Below, piece by piece: positions 14,357 through 26,409 of a stretch of DNA of 64,000 nucleotides. A program made the translations under genes and the position numbers. The notes beneath the pieces are model-generated. The model was given only the letters and a program-made list of their open reading frames with translations, ran no database searches and had not been told where the DNA came from. How positions within the stretch are numbered: the stretch's first letter is position 1; every line of letters starts with the position of its first letter. The stretch lies in NCBI RefSeq assembly GCF_964355755.1, contig NC_092678.1:7580422-7644421 (forward strand). Direction: 5' to 3'. This DNA is from Antedon mediterranea (taxonomy: Eukaryota > Animalia > Echinodermata).

Positions 14357-14443
14357 CTTCGTAACCATATGGTGTATATATATTGAGATAGTCAATGCTG
14401 TGCACACTGCCTAAATCAACATACCAAAAAGGGTTCTGATCTT
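14357..14443 (-). CDS. Gene B exon: F-type lectin domain, part 2
   Basis: 87 nt, TTTCAG/GTATGT boundaries; EDQNPFWYVDLGSVHSIDYLNIYTPYGYE. Not in the ORF track. Confidence 0.85.
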
Positions 14444-14731
14444 CTGAAACTTATAAAGGAATTATTTTTTTTTTACATGTTTTAAATTAAATCTCATGTT
14501 TTAGTAATCATTGGGTACAGGATTTTAGAATATTTTAGATTATAGTGTAGTGTACCTATTTTGTTTTGAGATAATTAATTATTAATTTTAACAAAAAATT
14601 ACCCCATAAGTTTATAAACATGCTATTTCAAAATTAATTTTATGGAATTTTAAAGGTCATTTTGAATTTTTAAATTTTGTCAGAATATTTTTTAACAGCT
14701 AATATGCACATCATTTTGGGCCTATACTTAC

Positions 14732-14878
14732 CAACCGTACGGGAACATGAACCATCGTCGAAATCTCTATTAGTGCCACCATCAACAGCTAAACTGGCAT
14801 CATATGATATCCCACCAGAAGAATAAGTTGTACTCTGGTAAGCAGGCTTGCCACGTGATACATAAGATCTAACAGAGA
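14732..14878 (-). CDS. Gene B exon: F-type lectin domain, part 1
   Basis: 147 nt, phase 1-1; VSRGKPAYQSTTY...ASLAVDG...DGSCSRT. Confidence 0.88.
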
Positions 14879-15076
14879 CTACATTGAACAGAAACAAACA
14901 AAAAGTAGATTTTAATATAGGTGATAAAAAACAATTTTCCCAACATTTAATTAAAAAAAAACGTGCGCAGAAAGAGATTAAACCACATACCATTGTTTGG
15001 TAATATGTTTTTCATATTTAACACTCAACAATATTTCAAATGATTTTTAAAAGTGCGTATGCAAATAGTTGTTTAC

Positions 15077-15193
15077 CATGGTACTCGCATATTTCCCCTT
15101 TATATCCACTTCCGCATAAACACGTAAATGTACTTTCACCAATGACATTATAACAAGTTCCATCATTCAGACAAGGATTTGGCGAACATGGAT
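15077..15193 (-). CDS. Gene B exon: EGF-like domain 2
   Basis: 117 nt; DPCSPNPCLNDGTCYNVIGESTFTCLCGSGYKGEICE (6 Cys). Confidence 0.9.
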
Positions 15194-15316
15194 CTAGTGT
15201 AAAGTTAGTTAAAACATAATGAAGCAACTATAGAGAATTTTCAAACAAGAAAAGAAAGTGTACTGCATATATTTTGCGCAGAACTGTGGATTTAAATGAT
15301 TTTTTTATTTTATCAA

Positions 15317-15456
15317 ACATGAACCATCGTCGAAATCTCTATCGCTGTTACAGTGTTATCATCTACAGCTAAACTGGCATCATATGATACACCACCAGAG
15401 GAAAGTTGTACTCTGGTAAGCAGGCTTGCCTTGTGATACATAAGATCTAACAGAGA
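15317..15456 (-). pseudogene. Pseudo-exon: degenerate duplicate of F-type lectin exon 1
   Basis: Copy of 14745-14878 with a 2-nt deletion, a 9-nt insertion and no splice donor. Confidence 0.75.
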
Positions 15457-15654
15457 CTACATTGAACAGAAACAAACAAAAAGTAGATTTTAATATAGGT
15501 GATAAAAAACAATTTTCCTAACATTTAATTTTAAAAAAAACGTGCGCAGAAAGAGATTAAACCAAAATGTCAATACATACAATTTGTTAGAAATGAATGT
15601 TAATAATTTGTTTACAAAATTATGTGAACATACCATTTTTTGGTAATATGTTTT

Positions 15655-15840
15655 ACTCGACTCAATAGTTCACTATGTCGGTCGGTCGGTCTGTCGGTCT
15701 GTCTGTCGGTCCGGTATCACTATGCGTTTTATCGCTTTTCTATACTTGTTGGACTGTTTTGATGTACAGACAAGTTTTAAAGTACTTTTTGAAAGTTCAT
15801 TTTTTTCTGAGAGCACGCGACTTATGGCTGTTGGCCTTGT
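15655..15840 (-). mobile_element. Short DINE/HINE-like element with a (GACC/GACA)n microsatellite
   Basis: Absent from the paralogous site at about 15008 (GTTTTTCATATTT), so it inserted in a T-run without a TSD. Starts AACAAG on the minus strand. Confidence 0.75.
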
Positions 15841-15893
15841 TCATATTTAACACTCAACAATATTTCAAAGTGCGTATGTAAATAGTTGTTTAC

Positions 15894-15998
15894 CTTGGTA
15901 CTCGCATATTTCCCCTTTATATCCTCTTCTGCATAAACACGTAAATGTATTATTATGACAGGTTCCACCATTCAGACAACGATTGGGTGAACATGGAT
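15894..15998 (-). CDS. Gene B exon: EGF-like domain 1 (tandem duplicate)
   Basis: 105 nt, open frame, splice sites intact; DPCSPNRCLNGGTCHNNTFTCLCRRGYKGEICEYQ. Confidence 0.8.
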
Positions 15999-16753
15999 CT
16001 AGTGTAAAGTTAGTTAAAACATAATGAAGCAACTATAGTGAACTTGTAATTTTCAAACAAGAAAAGAAAGTGTACTGCATATATTTTGCGCAGAACTGTG
16101 GATTTAAATGATCTTTTTATTTTATGAAAAGTTACACTACAATGTCTGATGAAAAAACTCTAATAATGTTTCTACAAGGATATTGTTACTTTGTTTCCCT
16201 TAATGCACACTTGCAGAAGGAAAATCATCAGCTCATTGAATTAAACCCATTTATTCATTTTCATTTTTAGTATTGAACAAATCAAAGAGAAATGGAACAC
16301 ACAATATCAATGTTCAATTTCCGTGCACTAGGTTTGGAACCATCCATGATAATTCCGAGTTTGTAAATGTTCTAAATTCCATCCTCTAAACCCAAGTACT
16401 GCATCAGTATTTAACACATCCATTACATTTAGAATTTTATATCACCTTAAACTTCATATTTTTGTTTTAGAACTCCACACAATGTCCACCCACCTATGGA
16501 CTCTTACTGTAGTTGGTCAACTTGTGTAACTTTAATTCAATACTATTAAATCGATTTGATTTTAATTGATTTTTAACTACAATGTATTCACAGGGCCATT
16601 TCTGTCTATATAATGGAGGGTTGCATTATCAATTATTACGATATCACAACACCTTTAAAATCAGATCTGTATACATATCTGTATTCTCTCTAAGTTAAAC
16701 ATTTGAGCGAAGTTCATTTATTTTATGTACCAGTAATACTCTTTAGACTTTAC

Positions 16754-17062
16754 CTGCACAAATAACACTAGCATCCTCAGAATGTCCACAATTGTGCACC
16801 TCAATTCCACTATGAGTACAGCTTGTGATAGAGGTTTCATTTCCTGAACATTGAACATTATTGAGCATAATTACACCAGTCCCTTGGCCAAAATGAGCTT
16901 GTCCTGGTGCTTTAATTGCTCGTCCTAGTCCTAATTGTCGACATACAACTTGGGCGTCATTTATGTCCCAGCCATTATCACATATTGTACCCCATTCTGT
17001 GCCATTGTATACTTCAACTTTTCCCTCAAAGACATTGCTACCATCCACAAGTATAATGTTTT
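16754..17062 (-). CDS. Gene B exon: SRCR (scavenger receptor cysteine-rich, group A-like) domain
   Basis: 309 nt, phase 1-1; [34 protein letters not shown]...[11 protein letters not shown]...[13 protein letters not shown]. Confidence 0.95.
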
Positions 17063-17186
17063 CTATTTATAAATCCAAAGGCAAATAACTGAAAAAATGA
17101 CGATGCTGTGGGTGGATCTCAATAGAGATACAAAAAAAAAGCGAAAAGCTAAATCGAAACGATAAAGTAAAACAGCCAGAAAAGTT

Positions 17187-17226
17187 AGCAGAGCTTTCAG
17201 GCAACACTAGCCCTTCATCAGTGCAA
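17187..17226 (-). ncRNA. Minimal hammerhead ribozyme motif (Penelope pLTR-like) within a ~160 bp insertion (17072-17231)
   Basis: Minus strand reads TTGCA-CTGATGA-AGGGC-TAGTGTT-GCCT-GAAA-GC-TC-TGC. The insertion is flanked by a duplicated TTTCTATTTATA. Confidence 0.65.
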
Positions 17227-17945
17227 GTCTATTTCTATTTATAGGTATAAATGCTAACTTTAAAATAATAATACATATTTGCGAAAGACAAAACTTGTGT
17301 TACATAAAAATTTACCCCATTCCTGACTTTTGATCCTAAAATAACGTTTTCACAATAATTTGACCTGACACCGGCATAGTACATCACTTTTAACATGCTC
17401 ATATAACATGGTTTAAAGTTGATAAGTGAATAAACAATGGTATGTTAAATGTCAATATGAACATTAATCTACATTTTTATCTTGAATTCTTGAACAACTT
17501 TACACTTGAAACATTCTTAACATCATGTTAATCTCATGGACCTATTAGTCTATGGTCTGTTCAAAATTGTATGTATACTGTATATAGTAAATATAGCACC
17601 ACCTATTCGAAAAAAAAATAAATTAAATTATCCCCTTCCTGACCTTTGATCCTAATTCCATAAACACCTTGTCTGTACATATAGGTTGATTAAATTTATC
17701 CCTTCACAACCTGTAAGCCCTATCATAACAATACATATGTGAGGACAAAACTGTACTATAATTTGTGGAAGAGTAGTCTTTTGATTCATGTTTCTGAATT
17801 TTCTCTATACTGACCCTAAATGATACCAGTGATACTGACCAAGTTCGGAGGAAATTAGTAGCATTTTAAAATGTTGCCAAAAGAAAGAACGGTGAGGAAA
17901 TAGAACCCAGTGACCTGATGCTGACTGGGTAATAAAATTACATAC

Positions 17946-18278
17946 CATGTCCAATTTTAATATCGTCTATTGCGACATCACCAGTATAGTCACTTCCTCT
18001 AGTGCCTTCGAACATAATGTAGGTGTCTTCATCACTAGTGTATGTGAAGTGTAGTATATGATGTCGCCATACATTTCCTTGGTTACCCTTTGTTGACCAC
18101 AACAGTTGGTTCCCCAAGTCTGATGTTTTGTAAACGTTTAGATTTCCCATTGCAGCTCCGTACATGTGATAGTAAAATGATAAGGTTATATGCCCTTGTG
18201 GTAGTAATGGACTTCTTAGGCGAGCTGCCATTCCTTCAGTTATGGGGGTTGATGTTTCAATATATACATAATAATCAT
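17946..18278 (-). CDS. Gene B exon: MAM domain, part 2
   Basis: 333 nt; YYVYIETS...ARLRSP...LSFYYHMYG..MGNLNVY...GNQGNVW...FEGTRG...GDVAIDDIKI. Confidence 0.95.
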
Positions 18279-19635
18279 CTATATATGTAGAAATAAGCAA
18301 ATATAGGTCTATTAACTATAATTAACTAATCAGTTCACTTAACTATTAACTGATTAGTCTTTTTTATATCAAACATTGTAATGCACTCTACTACGCGCGC
18401 GCTAAGGCAAAAATGCCCTTTGCCAAATTTGCGAAAGGCCAAAAATTTCTTTCGCCAAATCAATTAATGTTTAGCAAAATAAAAATTAGTAATTTTGATA
18501 TAAAATACAAATTATTGTTTAAAATGAATGTATATCTATTGTTTTGTAATATTTATATAATTAATAAACTCGTTGTTCCAGTCGATCCAGAAACGAAAAA
18601 TGCATTCTAAATATAGTATCTGAACGTTCACTCGGTCGTTCAAAAAGAGTACCGGCAGAAGACTATAATTAATACATACCTAGTTGTTTTTGTCACATGG
18701 CATGAAACGCGATACTCTCTGTTTTATCGCATGTTTTTTTAACTCGTGTACCTGGATTTTATGTCACATGACATGAAACGTAATACTCTCCCTAAACTAT
18801 TCCCACGACTCATGTTTTTTCCTGTCAAAATTCTGGTCGGACCTTTTTCATTACACATACTCATATATTCATAATAATAATTTAATGTTAAGATTAATCA
18901 ATCTTAACATGGAATATATATTTATTTTTCATATATGTTGTTGGTGTCCTAGCCTAGGTTTTTTTGTGTTTTTATAATTCGCTAATCCAAGATAGGATTC
19001 GCCGCCAAAACTAGTCTAGCCTCTGATCAACTCTCTCTCTGGTTGAGCTGAGGCCCACGGCCCCGATTTTGTCTCATCGGCGGATATCCGGCCAAATTAG
19101 GATAACCGATGTGTAGGGCGTCTACAAAAATTGACCTTTTCTAGCTTTAGATAGGATTTTAATTAGCAAACAACACATTTTTTGCATTGTCAATGTCCAT
19201 GCTTCTAAAGGCGATGACAATGGTGTTTACTAACCCAACGAACCACGAATTGGTCATGTTATTCAAAATGACCAATCCGGAACAATAATTATTACCAATT
19301 GAGAGCGTCTTACGGCGGCTCTCTCGCTGTCGCACGTTCCGACTATTTTTAGCAACCTACGAGGGTAGGTAAGCCAATAGTAGGATAGGGTATTTTATTA
19401 CAATATACAGTGCTTTTGGTGACGAGATATTTGTACTTTATTGTGTACTGTGGGGTGGACTTAACTAGCTCTAGGCCTTCAAAATGTATGATAATTTGCT
19501 TTCGCCATTTTGGCGAATGATGCCCAATTTCTTTTCGCCAAATGAGACCTTCAGTCGCCGTAGGCTCTATTTAGGTGTTAATGTAGTGTCTAGATTCGAG
19601 TTAAGCCTTAGTGTAGATGCAGCCAATTTTTATAT

Positions 19636-20136
19636 TACTGTAAAGCCCAAAATTGTCACTGCCCTTTATTTTCGCGACTTTCACGATTGAACAAGGGCGC
19701 GCGAAAATTGCAAAATAATTCCCATCGACGTTGTATACAGTCGATCATGCCTGCCGTAGCAAAATACCATCGCCATGCTCTCCACCACCACCACACAGAT
19801 GCATCCGGCCATCATCGCAACCGTTCGTTGTTATTTTGTAGAAACAACAATCATTTGGTACATTAATTATGAGGGTGTTCAATATCTAAGAGCCTATTAA
19901 ACACGTGCGTCACCAACTGTGTAGCCAAAACATTTATTTACATCCCTAAATTTACAATCACATATTCTGTAATTTACTGACGCTATTCAACTGTTGTTTG
20001 ACGTTCATCGCAGAGGCGAAATACATTCGCAAATTTGGTTCAACAAATTACACAAGAAACTCAAATCGCGAAAATAAAAGGTCATGAAATAGTGAAAATT
20101 AGGGCTGCGAACATTTTGGGCTTTAGGCCTACAGTA
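19636..20136. mobile_element. TA-flanked MITE (TACTGTA...TACAGTA termini, Tc1/mariner-like)
   Basis: TACTGTAAAGCCCAAAAT ... ATTTTGGGCTT(TAGGCC)TACAGTA, with internal TTTTCGCGA / TCGCGAAAA motifs. Confidence 0.7.
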
Positions 20137-20241
20137 TATATGGATCTTTAGTTAAATTAGCCTAATTAGTCCAAGCTCAATATTTATGGTATCAAATTAC
20201 AATTAGGTAAACAATATGCATGATATATATCATTTTGGTAC

Positions 20242-20385
20242 CTGTATACCCTGAATGACCGTTTCTTGGTCCAGTGTTAGATGATCCTGTAGAACCATTT
20301 TTGCGTGTCCAATCAAAATCATCACTTGACACTTGAGTCCAGCCATCAAAACTATTCTGGAAATTTGTGTCTATAGTACCGTTCA
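20242..20385 (-). CDS. Gene B exon: MAM domain, part 1
   Basis: 144 nt; NFQNSFDGWTQVSSDDFDWTRKNGSTGSSNTGP. Confidence 0.9.
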
Positions 20386-21006
20386 CTATAAGAAAGCAAA
20401 ATCGTTCCACTGTCTAAATTTATAAATGAATAGTGTCACTGCCTTTTATTTAATGTATGATTTAGCGTTTTACGACAAGTATATAGTTCTCGAGATAGCA
20501 TTTGTAGCAATTTTTAACCAAAATTAATGAAAATAAATATTTTATAAATAATTTATGACAACTTATGGTAGGTCTATGACTAAAACCTTTATTACAATTA
20601 ATATAAACATTATAATTGGCTTTCATATGATATAATTTACATATACAAGCTCTAATTGTAACGCAAATTTAACATTTCTTTTGATATCCACTCCCACATA
20701 ATTAAGGTAGTTTTTAAAAGCTGTTTGAAAAAAATTCAAGCATATGTTACAAAAATATTTGTTATTCATTAAAAAATTTAATTTTATCAAAAACATTTAA
20801 AAAGAATTAGGTCACTGACTTCTGACCTGAAAGTGCATTACCAGAATCACTAGAATCGGGTTTTCAGATGTAATAATTACGACTTAAGGTAGTTTTTAAA
20901 AGTAATAATTATGTCCTACACAAAAATCATATTAAGACAAATGGTAAAATACCGTATGTGCACTAAATCGACTCATCTCTAAAGACACAACTTTGCGCTG
21001 ATTACT

Positions 21007-21010
<4 letters not shown>

Positions 21011-21040
<30 letters not shown>

Positions 21041-21274
21041 ATATTTAATGAGGGTGATCCATCCAGCTAATGCTGATCATTAAGGACCCTCAGAGATTCA
21101 CAAGACAAACATATACACAAGATGCTCTACATAAACAAAGTCTTCTTACAAGTCTTTGGGAGTGGAATTGTAATTTCGTCCTTAGAAAAAATCCTGACAT
21201 GTGACGGGACTTGAACCCAGGACCCTTGGATTGGTAGCCAAGCATCATAACCACCAAGCCACAACTCCACTCCC
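21011..21274 (-). mobile_element. tRNA-derived SINE with poly(A) tail and ACTAATT TSD
   Basis: A box TGGCTTGGTGG, B box GGTTCAAGTCC, ~30-nt A tail, and ACTAATT on both sides. Confidence 0.85.
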
Positions 21275-21537
21275 ACTAATTATGGGAGTATGATCAGGAA
21301 AAAATGACTGACGTAAAAATGTTCAGCGCTTAGAGGTTTCACAACATTAGACACTATATAAATCCAGGATATTATTATTATTATTATAAATACCTCTGTT
21401 TCATAGAATGGCATGCATACTATAAATTCCTGCACTCTTTTACATTTTATTATATGCACATGTTACGTTCGAGTGGATAAAAAGAATGCTAGCCACATTA
21501 CATTGATCCACGGATATAATAACAGGTGCCTACTTAC

Positions 21538-21610
21538 TTTGAGATGAGCAGATAGAACATTGTAGAATTAACAATATCATTAATATAATAATACAATTTT
21601 TATCCAACAT
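21538..21610 (-). CDS. Gene B first coding exon: signal peptide
   Basis: 73 nt ATG...CAA A/GTAAGT; MLDKNCIIILMILLILQCSICSSQ. Phase 1 fits the MAM exon. Confidence 0.85.
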
Positions 21611-22732
21611 GTTTTTTTTCCTTACTTTCCCATCAAAAATAAACTTGAAAATGTCAAATAGACAACTTTCAGTGTAATTAATACTTTCTAGTTTCTTCCA
21701 TTAACCAGGAAGGGTTTAATATTTCCTGGTATAAAAGGGTCCTAATATTTCAAACCAGTTACATTTCCAGTTCCTGATATAATCTAAGACCTGTTCTTAT
21801 TTTAAATAAAACATAAACTTATGAAATGTCAAACTTGACAAGTTTTTATCCTGAAAGTCCCAGTGTAAGCATCCTCATAATATCAATAACTACAGTAGAT
21901 AGATTCCTTTTCCTGATCTAAAGATATATTCTTACTTTCAAAATAAAATAAATAAACAAATTATTTTCATTGTTCCATGGATGTCATACTGCCTGCTTGC
22001 TAGTCTCACATTCAATGCAGTGTTTATAATATAGCACAGTATCTATATATAAATTATGCTTAATTCAGACAAAGGCGAGCACAATGAAAAACTTTGAGAA
22101 AAATCTCCGCCTTGGATACCTACCCCATCTAATCTATTTACCTACCTGATCTATCTCAGATGTATCGCGAAACGTAGATTTGATAACATTACTTTTCAAT
22201 TACTATTGATTGTTCCATTTTTGTCTTTAAAAACGACAAAATTGTGCGTTTCCGATTGAAATGTGTGGATATCGCAGGGTTATTTTCACATACTCGGGCT
22301 GACATAGCTATTTCTCATGCATTCATAAAAAATATTCAGAAAAACATTATTATGAAATTAACTTGGGAAGGGAAAATAGCCTAGGACTATACTTTATTTA
22401 ATTGATAACCTAGGCCTATATGTTTATTTGTATTTTATGGTTGAGGTAGTACAGGAACACCAAACTCAATTTGGCGAAAAATTAAACATAGAAGGTATAT
22501 TTTGCGATTATTTTGAGTTATAACATAGAGGGCGATATATACAATTTTAATTCAATGTCTCGCGCATCGGCCAATAAAATAAAATTTAAAAAAAATAAAA
22601 TACAAACCGGTCAAACAACTCAAGTGAAGCATCATAAAGTTGAAGACAACCCAAATTTCTTTTTTAAAAAATAATTCAATTTCAATAGATTTAATATACA
22701 TTTATACAAACGTATTGAGATTGTTAAAACTG

Positions 22733-23835
22733 TTAAAGGGGGGTTCCGGGTTTAAAATGAATAGTAAAAAATGTAAAATATATTTGTTTGTCTCTTGAAC
22801 GGTCAAAGTCTCAATTTATATAAGCGCCCAGTGAAGCAGAACGAAGGCTGTGAAATCAGGCCAGATAACAAGTGCAGCTACGGCAAAATCACACTGTGGT
22901 TACAAAATAGGAAATTCGTGAAATGGTCCATCTTCCGACGACTCGTTATCATAAACCATATCAATTACTTTTGTAAAATTATACTTATCTGATGTAATTT
23001 TAGTCGGTCTTCCCATTTATAAAGTCAATTTTTTATGAAAATTCATCAAAACAGTGAAAAATTAGATATGTTTGCACTTTACGTTTGCCGATTTTCGCAC
23101 CGACTTAGGGAAAAATCAAAATCAATGAAGCGTAACGTATACCGTTCTGTACATTCCTGCTGAGGATCGAGCGAGACGAAAATACACGTGCTCTCTCTGC
23201 TGCATGCCTGGCATCGTCACGTGATAAGCAGATACAACAATACCAAACTGGCCGGGTCGAGTATACCCCCGTCTATAATCACAACATGAACGATGTACAG
23301 TATTTGATTGAAGGTCGACTTGACCTACCGGAATGGTATAGATAATATAGATCGAATGAGAGAGTTGGAATATTTGTGTAGTGCAGCCTATATAGTAAAA
23401 GGCCTGGTAGTATCAATTCGCATAGGGTCTACTACACTAGCTAGCTCAATTTTTAACTGGGCCGGATCGGCTAGGTCTCCTTCCTACTACCTGGTCTACT
23501 TGCTTGATGCATGAGTATCCGCTTTTTTGGAGAGTAAACTAAGCCTATTTTATTTTAGGCCTACTTAGACGATCGGGACACCATACGTGTGGACGGCGAT
23601 CGGACCTTGTTTTGCTTCAATATTTACAGCCGATTTTGTAGAACGTTTTAGGTTTAGATTGTTTAGGAGTTTGGTTGATAGGATGGGTTTTGTTATTTTA
23701 GGGCCAATCGTCTAGTAGTAGGCTAATTTCTCGTTATTACTTCTTCATTCTGACATGTCTATATTGTTATAATATTTTTTATTTAATAAATAAACGATAT
23801 TTAAAACCAATTTTAAACCCAGAATCCCCCTTTAA
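22733..23835. mobile_element. TTAA-flanked MITE (Kolobok-like)
   Basis: TTAA-AGGGGG(G)TTCCGGGTTTAAAAT ... ATTTTAAACCCAGAATCCCCCT-TTAA. Confidence 0.8.
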
Positions 23836-25222
23836 GGTTGTAGGATTGTGAGCCATATCGCATATCGATAACAGTATTTGACGCAGATACAAAATGTTCT
23901 ATCTAGAACTATAATAACTTTATTGTATTGTCACGAGTGACGATAAAATTATAAAATTACATGCAGAAAACAAATTACATATGTGGTCAGTAGGCTATAG
24001 AGGTAACACATTCTTTAGAAATTATAAAAAAATCCAAATCAGGTATCCTAGGCCCATGTTTCAATCTGAATCAAATGTACCCTCGGGTACTGTTAGGTTC
24101 AGGCCTTTACAGTTGATACATACCAATTGGTTTCAAATGGCCCATTAATCCAAGAAAAAAACTTTGTTTTGACAAGTTAGTGTGTTTGTTGCAGATAAAA
24201 ACTAGTCAATTCGAGTACATTATGCTTTTACAGCATGGCGCCACCTACTACTATACTACCACAAATAAATTACTGCCCAAATTCCTATGATCATAATGCT
24301 ATAACACCCTGAAGACAGGGTATCTTAACAATACACAGAAAAATTCAAAATATCCAGGGCTCTAAAGTACAATCATGGACCTTGAATAGATAAAATATCA
24401 AAATAAATAGTTTTAATTATTATTCTTTCTTCCTTAAATGATGTTTTATTTAAATTGATATTCTATTTAATAATTTAAGATATAGTGATTTATTATCAAT
24501 TATTTTTGTCAATCAGTAGGAATAGAAACATTTAGTGTATATTATGAAATGCTATATTTAATTATGAAGCAGACCTATTTGGGTAGTAAATACATAATTG
24601 TTTTGAGGATGGGGATTATGATTGGATTCAATTTTCCTTCTGTAGTTCATTTAGCTTCTACTATATATAAATTTACATAAGGGCAAAAACTACGCTTAAC
24701 TTAACTACATTTTTACTCAATATTATAGTAAGTTGGTACATACTTTCGGTACTGTTTACTAATTAAGTTTAGTTAAATAAATATTTATTGTCAATTAAAA
24801 CAAGCACGAATGTGCGATATAGGGGTACAGCAAAAGAAGCTGTAATGACGTCATAAGGCGGGATGACGTCACATACACATCAATAACCTCGGTACCCGAT
24901 ACGGCTATACGGTACCATCTTCGTCATATGGCTGCATCCGGTTTGAAATTAAAAAATCTGGCTCTATAGCTTTGAGAACATGTATATGTCCCTGCAGTAT
25001 ATTCATGCCAAATCCAAGCTCAATACTACATCAAATAAGTGAGTAGTACTTTATAAATCGCACTTTTTAATCAATAGTGTCGGATGGAGAAGATGAGAGA
25101 GTCCTATAGACTCGGGTACCCCGAGTAACAAATTTGGGGTAAACGATTTTCCTCAAAAAGGGATATTTTCCGACTGATAGCACACTAATTTTTGTGACCT
25201 ATAAATGTCGAGTGTTACTTCA

Positions 25223-25630
25223 ATGCAAGTTGCGAGTTGCGAGTCGGAAAGTGCGAGTTGCGAGTCGGAATGTGCGAGTTGCGAGTCGGAAAGTGCGAGT
25301 TGCGAGTCGGAAAGTGCGAGTTGCGAGTCGGAAAGTGCGAGTTGCGAGTCGGAAAGTGCAAGTTCCGAGTCGGAAAATGCGAGTTGCGAGTCAGAAAATG
25401 CGAGTTGCGAGTCGGAAAATGCGAGTTGCGGGTCAAAAAATGCGAGTTGCGGGTCAGAAAACGCGAGTTGCGGGTCAGAAAACGCGAGTTGCGGGTCGAA
25501 AAACGCGAGTTGCGGGTCGAAAAACGCGAGTTGCAGGTCAAAAAACGTGAGTTGCGGGTAAAAAAATGCGAGTTGCGGGTCAAAAAATGGGAGTTGCGAG
25601 TCGGAAAATGCGAGTTGCTGGTCGGAAAAT
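25223..25630 (+). repeat. 21-bp minisatellite (GCGAGTTGCGGGTCGGAAAAT)n
   Basis: About 19 units. Inverted copies lie at 26410-26812 and 27880-28166. Confidence 0.95.
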
Positions 25631-26409
25631 GACACCAGTCCTACCTAAACAAAATAGAGTGGGTTGTATTGTGGATGTTAGAAACAAATTGCTCGAGCAT
25701 GTGATATGAAACAATTAATCATTATATTTGATCTGCATTTTTTCTCGCATATGTGCGACCAGTGCGACATGATACAACCCACCCAGGTGTGTAGACTCTG
25801 TACATAGTGTAGGATGATCACCAAAATTAACCTATTGTGGCATATATGACAATGGCAAGAAATTTAATTATTTTCTTAACACTGCTTACAATATTTTTCA
25901 CGCTGCTGCTCTAGCCCGCTACGTCACATGAGATGACTCATTCATTAGATGAAATCAAGCAGCTTTATAGTACTACACTTTGACATTTTTGTTAAAATGG
26001 AAACTCCACTATAATTTATAGGTACCACCTGTTGAATCCAAAAAACGGCTGGGAAAAGAGTCTAACGACAAATCCCTAAGCATTTCTGGTATTTATGAGT
26101 CCCATGATATTACTATAATTCGCTGTCAGATAATCATTGAATTATTATCAAAACAGTCCATTGAAGTTTTTGTTTGTAATAGGATACTTGAAGCATGGAT
26201 ACCTCCATGCTTGAAGTATCTAGGCGTGATGAAGTGACCCCCAGACTTGAACTTAGCAATAACAATAAGCGAGCAGCGTTTTTTTGTAAGAAATATTCTT
26301 GTTTATTATTGACTTTAGCATTATTTGTTTCTGAATGCTCAACTTGTTTATATTTTAGTTAAGTCTCCAGTGCTTACTACAGTTCTAGGCTAAGCACTGG
26401 AGGTAGGCT

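Noticed and set aside
18385-19569. hAT-like element with TTCGCCAAA subterminal repeats
   Set aside because: Probably a repeat, but I could not match TIRs or a TSD.
21195-21274. Functional tRNA gene
   Set aside because: The acceptor stem is not formed; it is a SINE head with a poly(A) tail and TSD.
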